Assembly: GCA_039096225.1 (NCBI GenBank)
Contig: JBBPEB010000026.1
Location: 806,001 to 870,000 of the forward strand
DNA: 64,000 nt
Direction of reading: 5' to 3'
Origin: Blastocystis sp. Blastoise
Lineage: Eukaryota > Protista > Bigyra: Opalinata
This document shows positions 46,981 to 60,037 of this stretch, piece by piece; within the stretch, counting starts at the first letter, position 1, and every line of letters starts with the position of its first letter. The notes beneath the pieces were generated by a model. It was not told where the DNA came from, did not search any database, and saw nothing but the letters and a program-made list of their open reading frames with translations. Position numbers and translations under genes: made by a program.

Positions 46981-48507
46981 CACTCTTGGGAAAAACCCGA
47001 TTTTTGGGAAAAAACCCGGTTTTTCCAAAAAAATGACTGAGAAAAAAAATCTTGTTTTGCTTATTATTTTGTTATTGACTAAGCTTATATTGATATATAA
47101 TAATGATTTTTAATCATAAGGATGTCAGCTACCAAAGTTTAGATTCTTGTAAGTTTACATTAAGTTTCTAAAGATTTGGCTCACAATTGTCCAACATTTT
47201 GTATGTGTATTTCAATATAATATAAACTTTGTTTTATTAAGACAATCATTATGATTATATTTATAAGAAAATCAAGTTTAAAATCAAGAAATAAAATACC
47301 GAAAAAGGCAATTAAGCAAAACTCTGTAACTACTTATTTTGAAACACTTAAGTACGAATATCACGTAAGAAGACAAGATTAGTTACTCTGTGAATGCAAT
47401 ATTATAAGATATAACTTAAAGACTCTTTTAAATTATTTGCCAAAAAACACTATTTTTCTATTTTTCTTCTCAATTTTTCTTTAAAAATATTTATTTATAA
47501 ATTCTTTATATATTTACAATAAATACTTGATAATGCAGAGAATTTAGATAAATAAAGTATTAATCTTAGCTATTATTGAATTTAACCATATTGCAATTTT
47601 CTTCAGAAAACAATATACAATATGTCACAAAGTCTTTTTACTTTATTATTACAAGTCTCCATGTTGTTTCATTTCTAACTAGAATTTTAAAATAGTTCAA
47701 CATGTGACTGACGGTTTATTAGAGGTATTTAAAAAAGTTTTTTTGGTATATTTAAAACAATATTTTATCTCTTTTGACAGTAATTATTTAAAATAAAATG
47801 ATGTAAATATAGAATATGTTAAAGGTGATAAAACAATATATAAAAAATAAATGAAACAAAGGTTTCTATACTTTGTGTAAATGAGAAATGTTGACATTCA
47901 TAAGAAAAAACTATTTGTAAGTGGTTTACAAAATAAAATAAATATGTGTTATTTAAGTAATATACAAGTATATTATATTATAATAAACGAAATATTCTCA
48001 TCTATTATGAAAACGTTTAAAATATGTCAACAACATTCAAGAACATTTCCAGTTTCTCAACTAAAAAAACATAATAATTAAATATTTCTGATATATAAGA
48101 GTGTTTTAGAGAATTGAGAAGTGAAAGAAGAAAATAAAAACATTCAACTACTTTAGGAACAATATAGACTCGAAGTCATCATTTATCGTATACTCTCTAT
48201 GTATTAAATGCAATAAAACCTTTACTTATTTATTTCCCAAACACTGTGAATCATATCTCTCACAATTACAAATGAAATTAAAGTATGTCATTTTGAAGCC
48301 ATATTGTTAATTAATAATTTTAACACCGAAATGATGTATTGTATAGAACTACATTACAAAAATAAACATATATGGCTTTTCTTATTTAGTCTTAAAGCAT
48401 AAACTAGTTGAATATACTTAAAAATAGATCAAAAAAATGACTTAAAAAACGCTTTTTCTTTAAAAAAACCGGGTTTTTTCCCAAAAATCGGGTTTTCCCC
48501 AAGAGTG
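46981..48507. mobile_element. Non-autonomous CACTA/CMC-like DNA element (1527 bp) with ~44-bp TIRs and 3-bp TAA target-site duplication
   Basis: Left TIR CACTCTTGGGAAAAACCCGATTTTTGGGAAAAAACCCGGTTTTT at 46981. Right end ..AAAAACCGGGTTTTTTCCCAAAAATCGGGTTTTCCCCAAGAGTG at 48507 is its reverse complement with one mismatch. TAA flanks both sides. No long internal ORF. Confidence 0.9.
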
Positions 48508-48519
48508 TAAAATAAATAT

Positions 48520-50026
48520 TTAATCTAAAGAAAGAGTTAAATGATTTGTTTGTATTCTAGAACATGCAATAAAACTGAAACTAGAGAGTGGAGATTCAAT
48601 ACAATCGGATCCATAAGATAAGAGATATAATTCTGCTAAGGCAATAGCACCATTTTCTTCTAAAGATTGTATATCTGTATTAAATTTCATATCTGTATGA
48701 GTAATTTTACCTAATTCAACTACAAATGCTTTTTCTTTTAAAATAGATTTTGCATATTCTTTAAATTTACTGGAATCACTAGCAATATAAGCATAAGATA
48801 AATTACTTGCTTTTAAACGTTCAGATATAATATTTACAATTTTACCCATTGTATCTCCTTTCATTCTTTCTTTTGAAGTATCATGTAAATCAGATAATTT
48901 TCCATAACGTATATGACAACTTAAGAATTTATCAGTTTTATAATTAGGAAAATATTTTTGCATTAAATCATAAATAGGTTTATATGGAGTTAAAAAGGTA
49001 TCTAAAATATAAAATACAGAATCATAAGTAGAAACAGGTCCTGGATGATATATATCTTTACGTTTTATATTTAATTCATCTAATGTATTGAAATAAAGTG
49101 GATTCTTAAGAAGATAATCTGTTAGTGTACCATATCCAGTAAAAAATAATCGACGATAATCTTTACCATAAAATGCACATAAATTTCGTTTATTAATTAA
49201 AGGCTCATTTTTATTATTTCGATCAATATTATGATTGATTATATATTCAGATGTTCTCAGCTTTACTTTCGTTCTAGCTATATCATAATAATACAAGTAA
49301 TCATCCCAACTATATTTCTGAATTTGCCCAGGAAAATGCTCTTTTATTGTATATTGAAGAATAAATGAACTATATTCAGGAACTATATATATAATATATA
49401 TTGTTAGATATATATTTATAATATATATTGTTTGAAATATATATAATAAATATATATATATATTGAGTGTTAGAAACATATAAAAATATGATAATAAAAC
49501 ATATATATATTTAATATATTAAAATATATATATATATACTAAAAATGGGAATTTTTTCAACAGTAGAAATAATATATAACATTGTAAAACAATTGATTTG
49601 ATTTCCTAAACCACCTCCAGGAACAAAATAAAAAGCAAGTTTATTACATATTGGTATATCTTCTATATATTTTTATATATTATTATTATAAACTTATTGA
49701 ATAGATTTTATTGATATAAATATAATTATATATATACTATAAGCTAGTTTTGAATAATCTTTTAGATAATCTGCTTCATTTACAGGAATAATTACCTTGC
49801 TGTGAGATATAACACTCTTTTTATTCTCTGAAATATCAGTCATATGTGTTTCATTTCGTTCACATTGTTTAGAGACTTTACTTTTTAGACTTGAATTCTG
49901 GGTTATAGCAAGTGTTTCAATATGTTGTTCTGTATGAAATCTGACAAAATATAGAAGCGTACCAGCGACCATAAATAATAATAAGTTAGTGATCAGTAAC
50001 AATTGAATCAGACAGTTTTTATTCAT
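48520..50026 (-). CDS. Type II membrane GT-B fucosyltransferase-like protein (GT11/GT23/GT37-type motifs)
   Basis: N-terminal TM LIQLLLITNLLLFMVAGTLLYFV. Motifs GGGLGNQ (exon about 49540-49662), SCHIRYG, YAYIASDS and AELYLLSYGSDCIESPLSSFSFIA are the canonical alpha-2/alpha-6/O-fucosyltransferase motifs I-III. Confidence 0.85.
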
Positions 50027-50199
50027 TGCTTAAGACAGAAAGTGAAATATAAACAAAATGTAAATCTGTCATAAGAAAATAAAAAAAGAGTCAATTGTAT
50101 GTACAGAAATGAAAACACGGGAAAATAGAATTATATACATACTTTATATATATTTACCATGAAAAAATATAAAAAGTCTTTAGTTCTTTTTTATTTTAT

Positions 50200-51510
50200 G
50201 TCGTTTCTAAAACATCCATAAAAAGACTCTTTTGGTATGGAAATACCATAAGAGAGTCTTTTGGATTGGTGCTTTATAAACAGAATTCGCCACGAAGACT
50301 CTGTTGGAATTCAAAACTCCCCAAAGAGGCTGTTTTAAGGGTACTTCTGGCGTTACAAGGCATAGGATAAAAAACTTCGGAGGTAGAGTTTCTACCGTCG
50401 GTAGTATCGGGTGTACACTAATTTTAATATTTCTAGAGATGAAGAAAAAACTCTCTTGGAATGAAATTATTACTCTAAGAATAATTAACCGAATTATGAA
50501 AATATTGTTTTTTTTCAATGAACTTAATTGGAATAATGAAAGAATATAGTTTTATATAAATAGAATAATGAGAATTATTCTTCATCATTAACTATATCAG
50601 AATATTCTTTCTAAAAAGTGATATCTTCCACTAAATACACTGGTAGGCACTTTTGAGTTTTTGAAGGTTTTTGATTGGCTAATTTTCGTTCAAAACTTAT
50701 TCAGCCAATAAAATTTGAATAAAAAAAAGACTTAGGCAAAAAAAATAAAATTTTCACAAAATTTTTAAGTCGACTTTTGATTTAGACTCAAAGACCCTAT
50801 TTGACATATTTTAACAAAGAATTGACATTAATTTTTGTTTACAGAGGGTCGCACAATATCAAAAACGCTTTTCTTTTGTTTTAAATCGTAATTCCGACAA
50901 ATAATGGGGTCAATATTTTAAAACCTCTTGTTACTCTGTTTAAAATAAAGACCCTCTCAGAGTCGCACACATGATTAAAAGTGAATAAAAAGACCTCTAT
51001 GGGTCAAAACCAAAATTCAGCCAAAAAGTCAAAAATTTATATTTTTTTTACACTGAAAAAATGAGCCGAGCCTATTTGTTCCATGGGCAATCAGACCAGA
51101 GTTTTCAATTTTTAAAATATTTACGGGAATATTTTTATTGTTTAAAAGTGAGTCTATTTATATTTTATTTTATATAAGAGGACACAAGTGTTTTAAAAAA
51201 GGTTTTTCATTAAATTTTATTATGACTCAAAGTTCCGCATACAAAAAGTATGTCAAAGCTTATAGATAAAGGGTTCTTTTTCAGAATCAACTAAAAGTTT
51301 TTTTTTAAGTCATTTTTAGAGTTAATTCTTCAACGGATGGACATTTTAAGTTATAATTAATAGTTTTTGGACGAGTTAGTCAACAGATCAGAGAGTCAAC
51401 AAAAATGAGTTATTTTTTAAAGGTTAAAAGTGTGGGATGCAGTAGTATTGTATAGATGGTGTAGTGTGAAACGTGTCATAACTTATAAATATGATAGTGA
51501 GTCATAAAAA
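50200..51510. promoter_or_regulatory. Long divergent intergenic region with clustered GRGTC/GACYC motifs, inverted CCAAT boxes and AP-1-like TGAGTCA sites
   Basis: ATTGG at about 50674 and CCAAT at about 50705; TGACTCA at 51223; TGAGTCA at 51498; repeated AAGACYC/GRGTC. No microsatellites and higher GC than introns. Confidence 0.4.
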
Positions 51511-52586
51511 ATTAAAAAAATTAAAGAAAGGTATTTTCATGAAAAATTTTGTATTTCACTTGAACATTTGAATTTATTAGTGAATTTATAATTATTTTTA
51601 TTTTATTGTCTCTAAGAGGAATTAGAGCTTCTCACAGTGTTTATGTATGTTTAGAAGACAAGAATGTATTGTGTCAGTTTTCCATTCTGTAGTCCCTCTT
51701 CCTATCAGACTGTCTCCTTGGTCAACCTCAAAAATTTAATCAACAGAGTTGCTGCTACTTTTGTTTAACAAGATTATTTCCTTGTTCTTATTCCAACGCT
51801 TTCAAGAAACAACTTGCCATGCTATAAAAAGTATATAAATGTATTATTTGTTTTTCTATTCATTACTTTTTTTTTCAATTACTAAATATAAATATGTTTT
51901 TAATATTGGCTTATTTTAAATTGTATACAATTTATATTAATTATAATTTATATTATATAGAATGATAGGTTTTGTTGTCTATTCATACATCAAATTGTTA
52001 GTTAAGTCCTGTTAAAGATTAAACGGTATATAGATAGAAATTATTATTAATATTATTATTATTATTATATATTATATTATTATTATTATTATTATTATTA
52101 TTTGATTATTATTATTGTTATTATTATTATTTGATTATTTATTACGGGTATTCTTTAAAAAAATTAATAAATTACCCTAAAATTATTAATAATTTTTTTA
52201 TTTTCTAAAAATATTTTATATATAGATCTAAAAGAGATAGTTCTAGACTAAATAATCTACATATAAATTCTAATAAAATAAATAAAATTGATATAAATGG
52301 ATCAGCTATAAATAATATGAATAAAGATAAAAATAATAAAGAAACAGATGAATCGAATCTCTCTCTTAAAGATAATTCTATTTCTATAAATAATAATAAT
52401 ATACATTCAAATAAACATCGTAAAGAATCAAATGTTTCTAATTCTTCATCTTCTTCATCTTTATTTTCATCTCAAGATAAAAATACAAATAATTCAAAAG
52501 ATATATCAAATAATAAGAATCATTCTTCTGTTAAAGGTAATAGTATTCATGATTCTTCTAAAAATATTATAAATTATATAAATTAG

Positions 52587-55500
52587 ATGAATAATAGAAA
52601 TCATAGTATTGATTATTCAAATATAAATAATATACAAGAAGAGGAAAAAGAAAGAAAAGAAGAAAGTATACCAGAAGAAAAAGAACAAAAAGAAGAAAAA
52701 ATAGAAAAACATAAAGAAAAAGAGACAAGAGAAGAAAGAAAAGAAGAAGATGATGATGAAGAAGAAGAAGAAATAAAAGAAAGAGAAGAAGAAGAAGAAA
52801 AAGAAGATAATGATAATGATGATGATACTACAAGTATAATAACAGATACCGATAGAGTATCTAATCCTATTATTCGTGGCCGTGGTCGTGGACGTGGTAA
52901 ATTACGATCTCATGGTAGAGGAAGAGGAAGAGGAAGAGGAAGAGGTTCATTCTATCATTATGACGATAGTGATAATCAAAGTGAAAATGAAAATGATGAA
53001 ACATTTGAAATAGATAATGATAAAAATGATAAAAAAGAAAATTATCATTCTATTTCACGTCATAATTATGATTCTACTTATAATATAGATGGAAATGATT
53101 TAGATAAATATAAACGTAAAGGTATAAATATGAAATTAAAAAAGAATAAACGTCGTAATAATGATGATGATAGTTCTGATGATTATGTGAAACATAGAAG
53201 GAATAGTATTTCTAAAGAATCTTTAAAAAGAAAATCAAGTATTAAAAGTGATTATTCTTCAATAAGTAAATCTAAAGATGATAGTATAAAGAGTTCTACT
53301 ATAAATAATTCTATAAAGAATAATTCTATTCATATTAATAAACCATTATCTTCAATAGATGGTAAAACATTATTAGATTTAGAAGGATCTGCTCATAAAA
53401 ATTCACGGTTATTTGAAGAATATCATTCTATGGATATATCAAATGAAACTAATAATAATAATACTAATGGTAATTAAATATTAATAATAATAAAGATAAT
53501 AATAAAGATAATCATAAAGATAATCATAAGTATAATAATAATAATAGTAATATTATTATTATTATTAATAATAATATTACGACAGCAACAACAACAACAA
53601 CTACTACTACTACTAATATAGAGAATATTCCTAATAATACTCCTTATAAAGAAATATGGCATATTGGTCAAATAATAAGAACATATAATAAAGATGAGAG
53701 TATGACAAATATTGATAAACAGAATATTATACAGATATATGATTTAATTGATAATAAATTATGTCAAATTCCTATAAATAATGTTACTATATTTACTTCA
53801 AAACGTGAACATTTATCTGTTTATTATACATTATCTGTAGAAAATACAGAACATATAAATGAAGAATTAGAATTAGTACCTAAAATTATTCAGAAAAGTC
53901 AAGAACCATTTAGTAGTATATCTGAAAAATTAATCAGAAGTAATAAAGAATGGTTATATACATCTATTTATATATATATTTATATAAATAAATATCCATT
54001 TGGAGATTGGGAAAAAGGTTATGTCACGTGCTTTAATGCAAATACAGGTAAACATTATGTCAAGTTTTATAAAGAAGAAATAAAAAGTGGTTGGTATTTA
54101 TTAAATGATAGAGATGTTATTCGATGGAAAACTATTTATAAGTATATATATTATGATATTTATTTATTATAAACTTTATATAATATATTATAATATATAT
54201 ATATTTTTAATAATATTTTTTTTATTATTTGATTATAATTTATTTTTTAAAACTATTTTATTTATTATTCATATAATTAGTTCTCATTATATATATATGA
54301 TTTAATTTTTTTTTATTATTTATCAATATACTATATATATATATAGTTTATTAACATCATCTTCTCCATTAACTCAATATCATTCACAAGAATTAATAAA
54401 AATATTACCTCAAGATTCTACTTATTGTATATGTTGTTTATCAAATATATCAACATTAACAAATCCATTATTACAATGTTCAAAATGTAATTTATATATA
54501 CATTTAGAATGTGATCCTGATTCAAAACATAATTATAATGAAGAAAAACATAAATATTATTGTTTTTGTTGTAGAGTTTGTAATGGATGTAATTTATATA
54601 TAACAAAACATAATATATGGAATTATATAGTAATAAATGAAAAGCAAATAATATGTTGTGATAAATGTTTATTATTATATAATACCAATCATTATTGTAG
54701 TATATGTCGTAAAACATATATAAATACAAAAGATATGTTATTATGCCAAGAATGTGGTATGTATATACATGAATCATGTGAAAGTAAATGTGTAAGAAGA
54801 TATATGAATAAAGAACGTGAAAATAGACATCATCATCAGCAAGAAGAAGAAGATACTATAATAGAAGGAGAAATAGAAGGAGAAGGAGAAATAGAAGATA
54901 AAGATGGAAATGATACTTTATCTATAAGAACTGGTAATAGTAAAAAAGAAAATAGTATATCAACTTCAAAGAGTTTTTATGATAATTATTTATGTAGTCG
55001 TTGTAGAAGAAAGAAAATGATAGATTTACATAAAGAATTATTAAGAATTGATATAAAACATTTATTTACAAAACAAGTTGAAGAGAATTTTGCACCTGAT
55101 TATTATAAAGTAATATCAAAATCAAATGCTATGTGTTTAGATATAATGAATGAAAAGATAAAACAAAAAGAATATGCATCAATACAATTATTTTATAATG
55201 ATTTTGAATTAATATGTTTAAATAGTTATAAATATAATAATCCTGAAGATAATATTTGGAATGCAACTGATGATTTTTATAAAGAAGGAAAACAAATATT
55301 TATACAATTATGTCATAATATTACTTCTGGTATATATGAAAAAGAAATAATAAATATCCAAAATAAACGTTTAGAACAAATAAATGGTCCATCAGCATCT
55401 TTAACTGCACAAACAAATTCACATATAGCTAGTGAACGTCAACATCAATTAGAAAAAGTAAAAGATGAAATAGGAAAATTAGCACCTAAAACATTATTAC

Positions 55501-58250
55501 CTTATATAGAACCATTAGATATAACTAAAGTAAGTATACAAGATAAATATAAAAGTATATTATGTAGAGATATGTGTATAATATGTGGTAGTACAGGTGA
55601 TATAGATAAAATGTTATTTTGTATTGATTGTGGTGAATGTTATCATGCTAATTGTTTAGTACCCCGTATTGTTATTAATGATTTATTAAGAACAACTTGG
55701 AGATGTAAATATTGTTGTATTTGTGAGCATTGTGGATTAAATATTCATACACAAAGTAATAATACTATACCTAATATTAATAATAATCATAATATTGAAG
55801 ATATGAATGATAATAATCATAATGTGAATAATAATAATAATAATGTGAATAATAATAATATACATATATATCCTTCAGAAATGAATAAATCAATATCAAA
55901 TCATTATAAATCATCATCATTACAATCTTCTTCTTCAACACCTTTATCTTCACCTTCTAATCATTCTATAAATAATAATAATAATACTAATAATACTAAT
56001 AATAATACAATATTATTAGAAGATCAAGATATTATTAGTTGTGATTATTGTAAGAAAACATATCATATGAAATGTTTAAATCCACCATTATTACAATTAC
56101 CTAAAGATACATGGTATTGTTATACATGCTATCATTGTAATCAATGTCATCAACAAAATTTACCGTTTTCTTATTCAATTAAACGTAATTATTGTACTAA
56201 TTGTGCTTTAAATGAACCATTATTTAAAATATGTCCTATATGTAATAAAGAATGGAATGAAAATGATCAAAATATGTATTTATGTGAAAAATGTGAAAGA
56301 TGGGTTCATAAATCATGTACTGAATTATCTTCTGAAGATATGTTTAAATTAGAATTTTATAATAAAAATTATATATGTAAAAATTGTTTACATAATAATA
56401 ATAATAATAATATTAATACTAATATGATTAATACTAATAATACTATAGATATCAATATGAATACAATGAATAATATAAATCTGTCATCAAATTATATACA
56501 AAATTCTATAATAAATAGAAATAACAATAATATGAATACAAATAATATTTATTCTAATACATCTATTCTATCAACACCATCTCTTTCTTCTTCTTATCCA
56601 ATGAATACTATTATTAGTAATACTGATATTAGTAATAATAGTAATTATAATACTGATGCTAATAATAATAATACTAATATTGATAATAGTAATGTTAATA
56701 CTAATAATAATATGAATGATAGTAATAGTAATACTAATAATACTATGAATGGAATATCATTAAATTCAAAAGCTTCAATGATATCCACAAATCTATTTGA
56801 TCAACCAATAAATTCTCCATATCTTTCTATATTAGCAAATCATAATTCACCAACTATATCTCAACCTATATCTACTACTCTATATACATCACCTACTACT
56901 TCACCTTATCCATTATCACCTTATATATATCAACAACCTGTGTCATTTACTATACCTGATAATGATACAAAAGATATGGATAGTACATTAAGAACATGTA
57001 TTAAAAGTATACAAGGATATAGAAGTATGGTATTAGAAAAAGAAAATAATTTTAAATCAAAAGATGAATTTATTAAAAATTTATTAAATAGTCGTGTTTA
57101 TGAAATGGCTCAAATTATTTTAAAGGTATATATATATATAATATTAATATTATTATTTATTGTTTTAAATAATTATTTTATAATATTATTCTATTTATAA
57201 TTATATTTTATTATTATTTTAAATAATAAATATAATAAATATAATAAATATAATAAATATAATAAATATAATAATAATATATTATTCTATAGGCAAATTC
57301 TATACTATTATATATAACTTCATTATCTGTACCTCAATCTATAATTGATGAAAAAATACAAGAAAGAATATCTACGTTTAAAAATAAATATTTAGCTCAA
57401 CAATTGTATTTTCGAGCTCAACGTTATATAGCATCTAAATTAGCATATAGTTCAATTCATTTTACTTCAGGACCTTCTCCTTCTACTATAATGAATATAC
57501 CAGAAATATGTAATAATTTACCTCATATTGATGTAAAATCTTATATTAATACTCCTTATCCTCTAGTTGATTCTGATTTAATTACTTCTCTTTCAGATTA
57601 TTATAATTATGATCTTATTTCTTTGTATAGTGATACTATATCTGCTTCTTCTTTTCTTTGGGCTATTTATAATATATTTCCTATTTATTTTGATCCAAAA
57701 GAACCATTTTCAAAATTTCATTTATTATTAATATCTACACCATTAGTTCATTTACATTATCTTCAAAAACAACATATTGGTAATCAAAATGATTTAGAAG
57801 ATTTAAAACATAAATTAATAGAATCATTAACAAATCCTAATATAACTATGTTGCCAGATCCATCTATATGTACAAAACAATTTTCTTATAATGATTTATC
57901 TACACCTTTTTTATCATTTTCTTTTTATAATAATAATAATATAAATATAGATAATAATAATTTATCAGAAAAAGATAATGTTAGTCAAGAAGAAAAAATG
58001 GATATAAAAGAAAAAGAAGATGATAAAGATAATATAAATGATAAAGATAATATAAATGATAATAAAGATGAAAATGATAATAATAATAATAACGAAATAG
58101 AAGCTTCTGATAAAAAGGAGGAAGAAGTAAAAGTGGAAGAAAATACTATTTATACTATTTATACTAATAATAATGAAATTAATAAAGAGTCAACAAATAT
58201 AAGTATAGAAGAAACTCAAGTGATGAATAAGACGAATGAATTTATCTCTA
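52587..58250 (+). CDS. Trithorax/MLL3-4(KMT2C/D)-like chromatin reader: RG repeats, Tudor-like segment, PHD fingers, bromodomain, MLL-type PHD cassette; interrupted at 58251 by a CACTA element
   Basis: DMCIICGSTG..LFCIDCGECYHANC..WRCKYCCICEHCG..CDYCKKTYHMKCLNPPL..WYC..CPICNK..CEKCERWVHKSC matches the KMT2C/D PHD cassette. FAPDYYKVI..MCL..F..DFELICLNSYKYN is a bromodomain. No SET domain before the insertion. 5' end uncertain (in-frame TAG at 52584-52586 upstream). Confidence 0.75.
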
Positions 58251-58919
58251 CACTGCTACTACTTATGTTACTACTATCACTATTACTACTGATATATCTT
58301 ATATCTAATACTATATATGCTTATGGGATAGTCCATCTATATTTAATATCAATGAGAGTATTATAACCGTAGTAAAAGAAGATAAAAATGATAAATAACA
58401 TAAATCTAAAAAACATAAACTAGTATTATGACACAGATAAATCCGCTGAAATCACTAATTAATAAGATATTTCTTATAATAATAAATTTTCTAAATAATC
58501 TGATAATATACTATATATATTAATGATACTTCTATAAATATTTGTGATAAAGAACAGATGTATATATTAGTATAGATATAGCTATTAGGAAAACTTTATT
58601 TATTTTTCTTCCAAATGTATTCAGTGATGCTGGTGTAAAATTAACTATGATAACAATGATAATAATAATAATACTAGTAATCATGCAATTACTACAGATC
58701 TAAATATTGCAACGAATAATATTAATCTTCTATTCATAAAAAGTTTTAACATAAATGAAAAAGAAACATATAAAAACAAAAAGAATCAAAATAAATTGAT
58801 GTTCAGATATCTTTGGATATACTTCAAATAATTCTCCTATTATAATATTATTTATACAGCTCTTAATACTGAAATACAAATAGATACTTATTATTATTCT
58901 AAAACTATATCTACAAACT

Positions 58920-59760
58920 AAAAATGAATCGAAAAGAAAAAAATTATTGTCTTCAATCCTCATTGAAATCAAATTTGAGAGAAGATAATAATCATCTTCT
59001 TTCTATACTATTAATTACTTTTACTCCTATGACTTCTTCAAGTTAATCTAAAACTCCTTCTATTCCTCCTCCTTCAGTAAAACTTACAAAAATAAATTAT
59101 AGAGCTTCTATTCCTTCTCCTATGCATAGAATACATTATCAACAAGAATACATCCATCACAGTGGCTATTACTCACCACAACAAGATACAAGAATAAGAC
59201 CTTCTTCTGATTCTATATAACAATATAAATCTAATAATACACGATATATTGAATAATATCATAATAATCGTCAATATACATATGATAAACGAAATTATAA
59301 TGAGAACCATTGAGAGATCTTTAAATATATCATTCTCAATGTGAAATCATTTCCAAGAAAACCGCTATTTATGATTATTTTATTGATGACACATAATATC
59401 CTCTTCGTTATCATTCTTCTTATCTTCATGATTCTAATATAGATTATTATCCTGTAGTAAACATTTCGGTAGATCCTTAAACAGAAAATATTGATACATA
59501 TCTATCTTTAATTTAACTTTACTAGCATATATTTAGTACTCAATATAGCTTTATTATGATAACTATTTTATTCAATATACCTAATTTTAAATTATTATTC
59601 TCAAATGTATTACTAGCTTTATATGTCATTAAATATACTCTACTAACTTTCCTTTCTTTCTACTTCCGGAACACATTCTGTATACATTTCATATTTTGTA
59701 TATCTTTGTCGGATATCTTATTTTTTTCTGCTAATGGAATACTTCATATTATTTAGATTT
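58920..59760. pseudogene. Degenerate coding-like remnants inside the CACTA element
   Basis: + strand SKTPSIPPPSVKLTKINYRASIPSPMHRIHYQQEY..DSI*QYKSNNTRYIE*YHNNRQ, and a - strand K/R/E-rich frame with TGA/TAG interruptions. No family recognised. Confidence 0.3.
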
Positions 59761-60037
59761 CTTATAAATTAAGAAATATTTCTTAATGTTTATATTATGT
59801 TTAAAATGAAGTAATTAATAGAAATAGATCTATGATACAATCATCTAATATAATAAAAGATGCTATCTACATACTTTAAGTTTTGTATTAAATGTCTTTT
59901 AACAAAACGTTAATGTTTATATACTTATTAATATTAAAAAAATATATATTATTCAAACACAATATAATATAAAATTAAAAACAAAATTAATAATATTCAT
60001 ATATAGAAGATTATATTTATTTATAAAATTGATATAT

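Noticed and set aside
46981-48507. Transib/RAG-type assignment of the CAC-ended element
   Set aside because: The flanks give a 3-bp TAA duplication, not the 5-bp TSD of Transib/RAG-like elements, and CACT termini fit CACTA/CMC.
50207-50549. Overlapping 103-aa and 81-aa ORFs
   Set aside because: No recognisable motif, atypical codon use and no splice context; they lie in a motif-rich intergenic region.
51633-51675. CACAGTG RSS-like heptamer (another at 59158)
   Set aside because: No nonamer at 12 or 23 bp spacing and no partner TIR; consistent with chance.
52584-53477. Stop-codon reassignment (TAG/TAA read as Gln)
   Set aside because: Other genes in the window end normally at TAA/TAG and have no internal stops; the 53475 case needs a frame change.
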